From contig NC_043009.1 in the NCBI RefSeq assembly GCF_006345805.1, forward strand, positions 33,356,001 to 33,420,000: a stretch of DNA of 64,000 nucleotides, written 5' to 3'. The notes below the pieces were generated by a model, which saw only the letters and a list, made by a program, of their open reading frames with translations, ran no database searches and was not told the origin of the DNA. Source of the DNA: Octopus sinensis. Its lineage: Eukaryota. Both the position numbers and the translations under genes were made by a program. Positions 41,177 through 52,254 of the stretch are shown piece after piece; position 1 is the stretch's first letter; each line of letters begins with the position of its first letter.

Positions 41177-41208
<32 letters not shown>

Positions 41209-41220
41209 CATATATGCACG

Positions 41221-41253
<33 letters not shown>

Positions 41254-42448
41254 TCTCTGTGTGTGTACGCGTGTACGTGCGAATGTGTGTATATGTGTCT
41301 GTGCGTGTGTGTGTATGTATGTGTGTGTCTGTATAAAGAAAGAGAGTGGCTGCAGGAGAGAGAATTGTCCATGTTTTATTACCTATGACATCCCTGCATC
41401 TAAAACGCAAGTTTTCTTTCTTATCTCTTGTTGTTATTGTTTTGTTATGTTTCTTTATTTATTTACGAAATTATTTATATATTAATTTATTTATTTGTCA
41501 TGTGCTAATGACAAATATTTATCTCATCTCCCACAACATCCAATACAAGAAGTTTAGAAAATCAGAATTGTCGTTTAGTTTGTAAAACCAGGACAAATTT
41601 TCAAATGTTGCAAATAATTTTAGCACGATTCCTGATAGAAGACATATTCTTCCGCTTGTGTTCTGACATTCCGAAACATCGCTGTGCTTAACGAGACTCT
41701 ATCTCCGCCTGTCGAGGTCTTAGAGAACGATTATGTTGGAAACACAAATAAACATAGAATTTTGGAACGCATAACGATGTAGATATGAACGACAAGGGTA
41801 CTTTTTTAGGCAGTATAGCTTTGGCCATGGTGAACATCATTAAATAAGCATCTATAAACCAGATTTGCTACCGTTTAACTCCTTTCGTTGGCGATCCCGG
41901 AAAAGCCTGAAACCTATGTTGAAACCAACGGCCAATACATTGCCAGAATAGCATTTTAAATACACACACACACACACACACACACATCTCGCGATAACCT
42001 GATTCAAGTAATTCTATCGATCCATGTTTCTTATTTCAAACGAATATATTTTGTCATCAATTAGAATTAAATAATTTCTTTGAAAATCGTTGTTTTAAAG
42101 TAGAACGTTCTTTCGCAACAAGAAAATAGAAATCTTATGGAAGATTAAAAGTCTTAAAATATTGAAAACCAATTTGGTAAAGATTTTCAGATTAATAATC
42201 ATGATTGTTCTGCTAGTTAGTTGTGGCGTTGTTTCTATTGTTGGTGTGTTTATTCTAACAGCTGCTATTCCTATCATTTTTGTACTTCAATCATCAACTA
42301 TTTCTGATACTTTCTCTACAGTCGCGTTTCTCTCTGTTTACTTTTGTTGCGTTATAAACCAGTTCATTTTCCTTTATCACTGCACTTAATTCTCCTGTTT
42401 CAATGTGCCATGTGTGAATGCGTATAAACGCACATACACACAACTACG

Positions 42449-42525
<77 letters not shown>

Positions 42526-42723
42526 TACATATATACATGTATATATAATACATATACCGTAGGTGTGTGCGTGAGAGAGAGAGAGAGTTCTCTTTTCTAT
42601 GCATTTATATTTATATGGATAAATATGAGTTTGAGACACAGAGGATATATGTATATGGGTGTGTACGAGTGTAGAGAAAATTACATATTCATATATCATA
42701 CAGACATACATACATACATATAT

Positions 42724-42755
<32 letters not shown>

Positions 42756-44284
42756 CATAATATATATATACATATATATATATACACATACATACATATA
42801 TATATATATATTAATGTATACAATTGTTTATAATTTCTACATGTATTCTTATGTTCATATATGTGTATGTGTGTATGCGTGTGTGTGTATATATATATAC
42901 AACATATATGTGTGTGTGCATACGTGTGTGTGTGTGTACGTGTGTGTATGGTGTGTGTGTGTGTATATATGCGCATACGTACATATGTATCAATATATAT
43001 ACTGATTTGTATTGTTTCCATGTATGTACATGCATACACGTATGCGATGCATGCGTGCAAATGAATGCTACCATAAATATTAACCGAAATACGTTCTCTG
43101 TAATATAATCAATGAATTTTAAATAAATATATTAAAAATAAAACATGATTGAGTTATTATTTCAGGAAGATTACGTTGGAAATACAAGTAAATATAGAAA
43201 TAAATGTATTGAACGAATAACGACTTAGGGAAATGTGCATTCTTGTGCAAGAGTTCAGATTAGTGCTGATGGGAATCGTGTAAAAGATAAACGGATGTGA
43301 ACTGAATGAAAGACAAAATATTAGGAACAATTATGTTGATAGTTTGAATTGTTGTGCTCAGTTTTGAGTAGATAAAGCTGCAGCTTGTAATAGTCACGCC
43401 TCAAGGGCACACAGTGACATAACATTACACAGACGTATCTTAAACTTGGAATATCGAGAAGCCATAAGTTTTTGAATTAATTTTCTAGATGCTATCTTGA
43501 GGATTTTCGAGTGATAAAGACTGAAGAATTGAGAAGAGAATTTATATTGTAACATAGAATATCATTCGAGGGAAACCTTGTTGAGGATGGAATATAAAAG
43601 CAGGTAAATAATTAATAACTGGAGGCTTTAATGAGAAATTTCAAGGGTGTTAATATGATCGTATTGTTAAAGTATATATATTGAAATTATCTCAGGGAAA
43701 ATATATATCTAGGTATATCTAGATTTGTGTAGATATATCCAGGTGTAGTTAGTTATACATAGATATACATAGATGTATCTAGGCGGCTATAGCTGGATCG
43801 CATGAGGTTCTTCAAGGCAGTGAGGGAGGCTATACGAGGTGAGGTGTGACTGACTGTCACATCACAATCTTTGTAAAAGCTTCTGAAGTAATAAATCAAT
43901 TGAGAAGTTTTGTGTTGGTTAGAAGTGATTATCTTTGGTGAAAGATGTGTGTATGTCTGTGTGCATGTGTCTGTGTGCGTGAGTGTGTGTATTCAAATTT
44001 ATGTGTACATACTTGTATTTTAGCTTTGAAGGTTGAAATATGTATATACGTGTATATATATATATATATATCCGTACGCACACATGCACGTATATGCATG
44101 TATATACATGTATATAAATACAATTATATACACGCATCTATATGAATATATGAATATGGAAACACTTATACATACATGCATATATAGTGATAATATGCAC
44201 TTAGGTGAAAAAAATTTGTGTCTATACATACACATATATACACACACAAACACACACACACACACACACTGCCCCAAGGCACAT

Positions 44285-44644
44285 TCCTAACACGCCAGCT
44301 GAGTTTAATTCGTCCTAGTCGAAAGACGCCTGTTTGTGATGTCCTGTTATTGTTATTATTATTATTATTGTTTTTACGTATTATTTTTGTATTCATATGC
44401 GTGTAACATCGTCCGTTTTTCCGTCCTTGTTTTGTATACATTCGAAGCTTTCTTCCAAGGAATCTAATGCGCTTAGCTTAGTTTTTCCTTGGGGCTGGCC
44501 AGATTGGAGCAATCTCAAGATTAATCAGCCGAAATTGCGAGGATGATCCGGTTCTTGACTGAGGATTGAAGGCTTCAAATGTTCCGTCCGTGTTTTTTGT
44601 ATTGTCTTCTAAATGTTTTGCGTTCTTGTCCCAGTTTGTATTTT

Positions 44645-44650
<6 letters not shown>
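44285..44650 (+). mobile_element. Family F repeat, diverged relative of 10082-11540
   Basis: Shared AATCTCAAGATTAATCAGCCGAAATT..GATGATCCGGTTCTTGACTGA; ends in (TA)n. Confidence 0.8.
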
Positions 44651-44690
<40 letters not shown>

Positions 44691-44754
44691 TGTATGTATG
44701 TATGTATGTATGTATGTATGTATGTATGTACGTATATATTCATGTTTGTATTTA

Positions 44755-45540
44755 TAGGGTGGCAGATCTCCGTTCAGTCGGAGATGATGACTGGGTTGTT
44801 CGATCAACTGAATTATCTGGTCGTAAGTAGCTGAGTATTACACAGACACTTGAGTATACCCTTGACATAATTCTTAGGTAGAATAAACAGCTACAATCCA
44901 CCCATTTGGCTCCTCTACAATTCCCGTCCATCCACCTACGTTCACAAGGCACGGTTCCACTCTAATAGCAAGAAAATTATACTTTCCCAAGTCACCACAT
45001 TGCGGAAGCAATTTTTGCGGACAGGATTTATTAAACACCTGGTCGTACTGTGCTTACATGTGTACACACTCACACACGGGCGCGTGCACACATGCAAATA
45101 TATGCATATATATATATATATATATATGGCATGTGGCTTCTAAAACAGCCTTTATTTTGCCATAAAATTACTACTCCAATCCGAAGAGCGGAATTGAACG
45201 TACAAATGATGCACTCCGATCTTCTATCTGTGAGTAATCTTCTGAGAATCGGCCGACAGAGATCAGCAATATGTGCCTGCTAGCACCAATCAAGGATCTG
45301 GATATATACAATTCTTTATAATAGTATGCCGTATTCTGCTTTGTTATTACTGTCGGAAAACTAGATATCCTCATTAAGGATCATGTCCACACAACTACAA
45401 CCTTTAGGATACTATGATTACCATCAACAAAGCAAAATGGAATATCGGTCCTTTGAGTATCAAGGAGGCCATCCTCATCCATAAAATGAATCCAAGTATT
45501 CATAATAGTTGCGATCTGCATTCGCCGAGTGACGTAAACC
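44755..45540 (+). mobile_element. Degraded Penelope-like element remnant (RT linker / GIY-YIG endonuclease)
   Basis: Frameshifted vestiges NQGSGYI.., ..GK..IKDHV and LSIKEAILIHKMNPSI, like the GIY-YIG C-terminal EAI.I...P.LN motif. Confidence 0.4.
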
Positions 45541-45905
45541 TGTTTATCTGTGAAAAATATACCAGTTCGTGAACACTCTTGATTTTCTTTTGATAAAGGG
45601 TTTAAAACCCGAAATATTGAAATATAAGTTTAAAGGTATGAACTGTTTTTTACTTCTTTATTTCTGATTTCTCTCCATTATTTCCAATTTGCTTAGAACT
45701 GGCTTTTAAAACAACTTTAACAACTTTGTTTCACAATGCTTCATTCAAAAATACACTTTCAACATATATGAATGTGTGTCTAGGTGTGTTTGTGTGTATA
45801 TGTGTATATGTGTCTGTGTGTGTTATATCTTTTATGTCTTTGTAAGACCAAAAATTTTGTGCATACATATGTATGCTATATATATAATATATATAATATA
45901 TATAT

Positions 45906-45939
<34 letters not shown>

Positions 45940-46080
45940 ATATATATATATACATGTGTCTCTAAATATACACAAGTGTATATTATATATATTTGTATAT
46001 ATATTTATATGTATATATATGCCTATATATATATGCATGTATATATATGTGTATTTCTGTGTGTGAGTGTATATGTCTAT

Positions 46081-46126
<46 letters not shown>

Positions 46127-47184
46127 CATACATGCATAACTATATATAAATATATGTGCGTGTGTATACTTATGTGTGTGTGTGTATGTGTGTGTGTGTG
46201 TGTATCTTTTGAATTCTCTGAATGATGATATACTGACTAATTAAGCATTGTTAAACAACTCTGTATTCTTAGAAGAATATGAAGAGGCGATTATTTTGTT
46301 GCTTTTCTTATTGTTTGTTTTTGTTGTCTTCTTAACCTTGGAACGTAGAAACGTAGTGTTAACAAACATTTCTATTGTGGACAATAGTAAGTAAAGTCAT
46401 TTGTAAGTCACTGTATACAACAAATCGTCTCTCAACTCATACAAAATATCTCGGCATTCATTTTTATCATCTTTTGAAGTGAACAACAATTTCCAGCGAA
46501 AATTTTCTTTATTCTCTTTCCAATTTTAAAATACATTAAATCTCATTTATTTACTTATTCATTTATTTATTCATTTATCTATTTATTTATTTAACAAATA
46601 TTTGTTCATTTCCATTAAAGGTAGATTTCAAAACTGCAGAATCATTAGAGAAATGAACAAATGCCATACGACAATTGTGCTGATTCACTGCGCTCCTAGT
46701 TCGAATTTCGTCGATTTTGACTCTGCCTTTGATATTTCGGGTGGAGATCACTTCGTTAAATAAACCATCAGTCCAGCAAGGGTTTCGATTCTTTGTTTCT
46801 TCTCTTTCCGTCTTTCTCTATCTATCTAGTTCTCTTATTCTTGCTAGCAAGCTTTTTCACTCGCTCTCTCTCTTTCTCCTTATCTCTCTCTCTCTCACAC
46901 ACACACATACACATACCCATGTTGTATCTAAGCGTGTAAATTCTATGTTGAGCTATGTGAAGGTCTTTTCTGCCAAGATTTTTTAAATGGCTGAGCAAAG
47001 GCCCAGTTACCTATTTTCACTTAGTATACCATAAAAACTGCCAAAGACACCAAACAACATGGTAGGCGTGGATGGACAGGTGTGCTAGTCATGGATGTCT
47101 GTCATATTGTCTGGAATTCTATACATGGACGAAGTAGTTTTCATTTTAGACAAACAATACAATAAATCATATTTATATATTATA

Positions 47185-47330
47185 TGAGAAGTACGCTTCC
47201 AATTACATGGTCTGTGGTTCGTCCCCATAGTATAGCACTTTAGAAAATGTCTTATTGTATAGCTCCGAGGCGAGCAAAGTTTTGTGGGTGGATTTCGTAA
47301 ACAAAACTTGAAAGAAGTTTATTGTATATG
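47185..47330 (+). mobile_element. Degenerate group B SINE 5' part
   Basis: ACATGGTC..GGTTCGTCCC..GCACTTT..AAATGTCTT..CTCCGAGGCGAGCAAAG. Confidence 0.55.
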
Positions 47331-47348
47331 TGTATGCTTATATATATA

Positions 47349-48260
47349 AACTAGCAGTATCGCCCGGCGTTGCTCGGGTTTGTAAGGGAAATAACTATAT
47401 AAGCATTTTTAGTGAGTTATAGCAAAAGGATAGCAAAAAAATGCATTAAAAATGGAATAAAAAATGATGGTAATTTTTTTTTTTAATCGTTGACTCATCG
47501 TAGACATTTTTAGAGAGTTACTTCCCTTATATAATAGCGAAAAAATGCATTAAAATGGAAAAAATGATGGTAATTTTTTTTTTAATCGTAGACTCATTGT
47601 AGACGCGCGCTAATACCCAGGAGGGCTCGATATGAATCACGACTATAAGATACCCGGTTTTGGTTAAACTGCACCGCAAAATGTGGGAGTAGTTAGGAAT
47701 CTAAATCGTAGGAGACAGACACGCAACTTCACTTTTATATATAAAGATTTGTGCAACAACTAAAACATTCGGTTGTGCAAATTATTTGCACAGGAAACCT
47801 GCCCTGTGTGGCGGTTTTTGCCGTTTTTGTGGATCTGTTTCAGCTTTTTTAGCGATTTCTGTTTTGGCGACTTCAAGCCATGAAGTCGTTGTTCTAAAAG
47901 AACGCTGGTCTCCTTGACAACGCTTTACGACGTTGATTTCCCTACCCTGCCTTCCCCACAGCTTCACGAGGGAGGGAAGAAGGGGGAGAAGCAACACAGG
48001 TGCAGGTGTGAGCATGGACGCCAACTCCGCCGCCATCGACACACGAAAAAATTGGAAGAAATGGAAAAAAATAATGTTAAATTATTTTTAAAATCGTAGA
48101 CTCATCGTAGACGCGCGCTAATACCCAGACGGGCTCGATATAAATCACGACTATAAGATACCCGAATTTGGTTAAACTGCACCGCAAAATGTGGGAGTAG
48201 TTAGGAATCTAAATCGTAGGAGACAGACCCTCGCACAACTTCACTTTTATACATATAGAT
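47349..48260 (+). mobile_element. Two head-to-tail Helitron/Helentron-like non-autonomous units (47349-47748 and ~47785-48260)
   Basis: AACTAGC start with hairpin CCCGGCGTTGCTCGGG; shared ~170-bp 3' block ending ACTTTTATAYATAWAGAT. Confidence 0.55.
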
Positions 48261-48397
48261 ATGTGTCCCTTTCTGTAGAAGAGCATAGGCTCGAAACGTA
48301 AAAGACATTTTCTATTCCTGAGCGTTATACTAATACATCTGTTTGTTTTGAACACCACCTGTCTTCGTCTTTTGTTTTTGAAGTAAACTCTCCCTAT
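48261..48397 (+). mobile_element. Short (TA)n-anchored repeat with hammerhead-like motif (family H2)
   Basis: Inverted partial copy at 50832-50940; shares GAAGAGC..GCTCGAAACGT.AAA, CCTGAGCG and TAATAC with family H1. Confidence 0.75.
48264..48307 (+). ncRNA. Minimal type I hammerhead-ribozyme-like motif (variant core)
   Basis: TGT(CC)CTTT-CTGTAGA-A-GAGC(ATAG)GCTC-GAAA-CGTA-AAAGACA; GUA triplet, 7-bp stem I with bulge, A6U change. Confidence 0.5.
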
Positions 48398-48467
48398 ATA
48401 TATATATATATAGAGAGAAGAGAGAGGAGAGAGAGAGAGAGAGAGAGTGAGAGAGAGAGGGGGGATA

Positions 48468-48529
48468 AGAAATGGAGCAATTAACAGTGAGAAGTGGATC
48501 ATTCGATCACTGTTAATTGCTCCACTTCT
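48468..48529. other. 23-bp hairpin (one mismatch), 16-nt loop
   Basis: AGAAATGGAGCAATTAACAGTGA / TCACTGTTAATTGCTCCACTTCT. Confidence 0.85.
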
Positions 48530-48647
48530 TGTCGTCTCTATATATTAAACCACGATTTTACCTTTTAAATTACCTACAACCGTATACCTTACAAGGACCA
48601 AATGTAATACCAGAAGTGCCTATATGTGTATTATATATATATATGTA

Positions 48648-48746
<99 letters not shown>

Positions 48747-48801
48747 CAATAATATATATACACACACACATATATATATATATTATTATATATATATATA
48801 T

Positions 48802-48900
48802 ACAGTGCGACATTTTTATAGATGTACCTGAAGAGGCCTTGAACGACGGGTCGAAACATGCATTGTACCTTATAAAGTCTAATAAACATTCCATCTCTTA
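48802..48900 (+). mobile_element. ~100-bp (TA)n-embedded element with hammerhead-like core and AATAAA (family H3)
   Basis: GTAC-CTGAAGA-GGCCT(TGAACGAC)GGGTC-GAAA-CATGCATT-GTAC with extended stem I TTTATA/TATAAA. Confidence 0.55.
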
Positions 48901-48902
48901 TA

Positions 48903-48946
<44 letters not shown>

Positions 48947-49008
48947 TATATATTATATATATATATATATATAATATATATATATATAATATATATATAT
49001 TTTTTTCA

Positions 49009-49121
49009 AGCAGTGTCACCGATATAGAAGGGGTGTCCTTTGTAATCATTCATAAAAACATGTCCGCCCGTAGAAAAAATCTCACTCAATGAATTCAGTC
49101 CGACACATACCGATGACACTG
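49009..49121. mobile_element. Small TIR element (MITE-like)
   Basis: AGCAGTGTCACCGATAT / ATACCGATGACACTGCT imperfect 17-bp TIRs; no clear TSD. Confidence 0.4.
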
Positions 49122-50499
49122 CTAGAAACACATATACGGTAGAGGCCCGTGAAATATATTGAATGAACTGAGATTATCAATGCAATAAATATAAAACATC
49201 AGCCGCTGTTCCCAATCTAAAAACCACAAATAGGAAATATATTTCGAACAATATCAGCGAATAGAAATTTTTTAAACTAAGAACAAGGCAGACGACAGTA
49301 GATTTGTTTTTAAGATCAACTGATAATAGCAATGACCATATTTCGATATTATAAGTCCTTCTCAGTGAAAGATAATTAGGTTAGAAAAACTTAGAAAATG
49401 GTCAATATTTAAAAAATAAAGGTATAGCAAGAAATAACGGCCACATCTTTTACAAATCACGCCCTACTGTCTTAAAAGTTGAAGGACACGCGCGATAAAG
49501 TAGTCATAAATACTTTGCCAGGAAAAGTATTCATGACTGAAATAACTCTGATCATTAGTCTGCTCGGTAAAAGCTGGCCTGGGGCTATACAACTACAACA
49601 GCGACGACGACGACAACTACAACAACATCAACAACAATGAGAATCAAGGTAATGGTTTTACCACAGAGAGGAGTCCCGTAATTATTTTAGAGCGTGTAGA
49701 TGGCGGCTCTATCGTGGTTTCATTGTAAATTATACATATTTTAGCTTCATTCTCTGCTAAACACATTGATTTAAACACCTCTTCTTTTTTTCACTCATAA
49801 ATTTGGCCAATATACCATTAACACAACAAACCAGTAATGGTGAAAACCTTTCTGTAAAATGACCTCTACACTTTAGTTCCTCGTTCCTCGATTTACCAAT
49901 ATCAGTTTTGAATTAACTCATCATAAAATATTGTTGCCACCTTTATACTGCTATAAGTGCACATAATAGCTTTTCCCTCTATTTACCTTTCATATTCAAT
50001 GTCGTTTTTACTGAAATATTCAATAAGCTTACTTCACACATCCATTTTCAGACCTTTAGGCTATAGTTTCATGCTAGGTAGAAGGCTTTGTTGAAATATC
50101 AGTCAAAATTGATTCTTTATCTTTTAAGCAGCATCTCACGTTAGCTCCATTTTCCCAAACAGTCTGTTTTATACCTCATTACGACCATTCATAGCTGGTC
50201 AAATAGCAGAGTGGTTGAAGCGTCGAACAAACACTATGGTTAATTGTTCTGAATCTTGGTGTTTTGAGTTCAAATAACGCCATGCTCAACTTTACTTTTC
50301 ACCCATCCAGAGCTGATAAATAAACTCCAAGTAAAGTTCTTCGTTCGCTTCTTCCTCGTCTTTTCCTTTGTCTTTCCTGCCATCTGTCTACCTATCTATC
50401 TATTGTATGAATGACGAAGCCACCTTGACTATGATTCTATGAACCATAAAAATTAATACAGAGAGTTGCTTATTTGCAAAAAAAAATAAAAGAAATATA

Positions 50500-50795
50500 A
50501 CATGTGACTTCATTGACCGAGGTTACCGTGGTCTTTTCCGTAGGCTTTTCTTTCCACGGGTAAACCTCACCTGTCCTCCCCTTTACACTTCATATTGACA
50601 TTTCTGTGATAACGATCCCTATTGATCAATTTTTTCCTCTCCCCCTTTTTTTAACCCCCCCTTTTTTGTCCTCTTTCTCTCCTTTTACGATCCCTTTTGA
50701 TCGAACACACCCCCTTTTTTTTTACCTTCAAAAGAAAAGCTCTACCTTGTAATTTGTTCTATCTGTGTGCAGCCCTGTGTGGCTAATAAAGAAAC
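50500..50795 (+). mobile_element. Probable LINE 3'UTR-like repeat with a tail resembling the group A SINE tail
   Basis: Ends TTTGTTCTATCTGTGTGCAGCCCTGTGTGGCTAATAAAGAAA; internal hairpin GAGGTTACCGTGG..CCACGGGTAAACCTC. Confidence 0.4.
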
Positions 50796-50831
50796 ATATC
50801 TATTTATATACATTTATACTGATATATATAT

Positions 50832-50940
50832 ATAGGGAGAGTTTACGAAAAAAAACAAAGGACAAAGACAGGTGGTGTACAAAACAAACAGATGTATTAG
50901 TATAACTCTGAGGAATAGAAAAAGTCTTTTACGTTTCGAG
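50832..50940 (-). mobile_element. Family H2 copy truncated within hammerhead stem II
   Basis: Reverse complement of 48290-48397; ends ..CGTTTCGAG|TATATA. Confidence 0.85.
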
Positions 50941-51016
<76 letters not shown>

Positions 51017-51019
<3 letters not shown>

Positions 51020-51258
51020 CCGTGTAATAAGGTTCAGCAAAAAGAGTACTCCATTTGGTGAGAGTAAAATATTGTTTTATACGATCACCTCACATGCATA
51101 CACCACGCTACTCAATAGTTTGACATATATGGAAACCCAAGTACGTTCTTCAGGCTACTATTAGTAGCATGGTTTATGCATGTGAGGTGATCGTATAAAA
51201 CAATATTTTACTCTCACCAAATGGAGTACTCTTTTTGCTGAACTTTATTACACGGATC
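51017..51258. mobile_element. MITE/fold-back element with 84-bp TIRs, inserted in (TA)n
   Basis: 51017-51100 pairs with 51175-51258 with one mismatch; imperfect pairing continues inward. Confidence 0.9.
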
Positions 51259-51429
51259 ATATATATATATTTATATATATATATGTATGTATGTATGTAT
51301 ATATATAGAATATAGAATATATATATATAGAATATATAATATAATATATATACATACATATCCCACATCGCCGGGAGCACTACATCTTTTGTGAGATGTA
51401 GAAAATGTTCCATAATTTTTTTTTTTTTA

Positions 51430-51560
51430 CTCTAGGCACAAGTCCTGAAATTTTTTTGTGGAGGAGGGGGCCAGTCAATTAGATCTACCCCAGTACTTGA
51501 CTGATATTTATCGACCCCGAAAGGATGAAAGACAAAGTCGACCTCGGCGGAATTTAAACT
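51430..51560 (-). mobile_element. Group A SINE 3' part
   Basis: ATCGACCCCGAAAGGATGAAAGACAAAGTCGACCTCGGCGGAATTT. Confidence 0.85.
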
Positions 51561-51919
51561 GCACAAATGATGCTGGCATCAATTTTAAAATCCACCCAAG
51601 ACTTGGCCCCCGTGCTATCCACCACAACAAAAATCGAACTCGGGACACATAACATTATGTCACAACTACTTTACTTGAACTGGTCCAGCTCTCTTTAATA
51701 CCATACCAAAATACACCAAAACAGAAATGGATCCCATAAAATTGAAAATTTTACTAGACAACTTTCTTCAAAAAATCTGAACAACATCCTACATCCGGAT
51801 ATGTCTCCAATAATAATAACTCTTTGCTAGAGTGGCCATGGTGCCCCATATATGACTGAAAGACTTCATCAGGTGGTGCTATTAAGTTAGACATGGTTTG
51901 GCCCTATACTGGCCGAAAC
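51561..51919 (+). mobile_element. Degenerate CR1/L2-like LINE 3' end followed by a (GATA)n tail
   Basis: Vestigial C-terminus ..QHPTSGYVSNNNNSLLEW; terminal GGCC..GGCCGAAACC stem-loop next to (TAGA)n. Confidence 0.45.
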
Positions 51920-51920
51920 C

Positions 51921-51994
<74 letters not shown>

Positions 51995-52038
51995 CACACA
52001 CACACACACACACACATAAACACATATATATACATGTA

Positions 52039-52254
52039 TGTCGTGTTCGTCCGGCAAAGTGGCCTGTTACTTCAGAGTGTAGTAACAGTTCCTTAGACAC
52101 AGTGCAGTTCGTTCCTTAGACTCTGCCGTGGTCTTCTCTGAATAACCGATTCCCCGTTATCTCTGAAGTTGCTTGCCTCTCTATCGGTCGAAATAAACTA
52201 TTGCACTCCACATTTGACTAGAAATATCACCTATCTACTCATACCAACGTGTCA
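52039..52254 (+). mobile_element. Possible short solo LTR
   Basis: TG..CA termini with partial terminal complementarity, internal AATAAA, higher GC than flanks; no TSD seen. Confidence 0.3.

Noticed and set aside
51860-51920. Antisense CCTGATGAAG and sense GGCC..GGCCGAAAC
   Set aside because: The two halves lie on opposite strands; better explained as a LINE 3' stem-loop.
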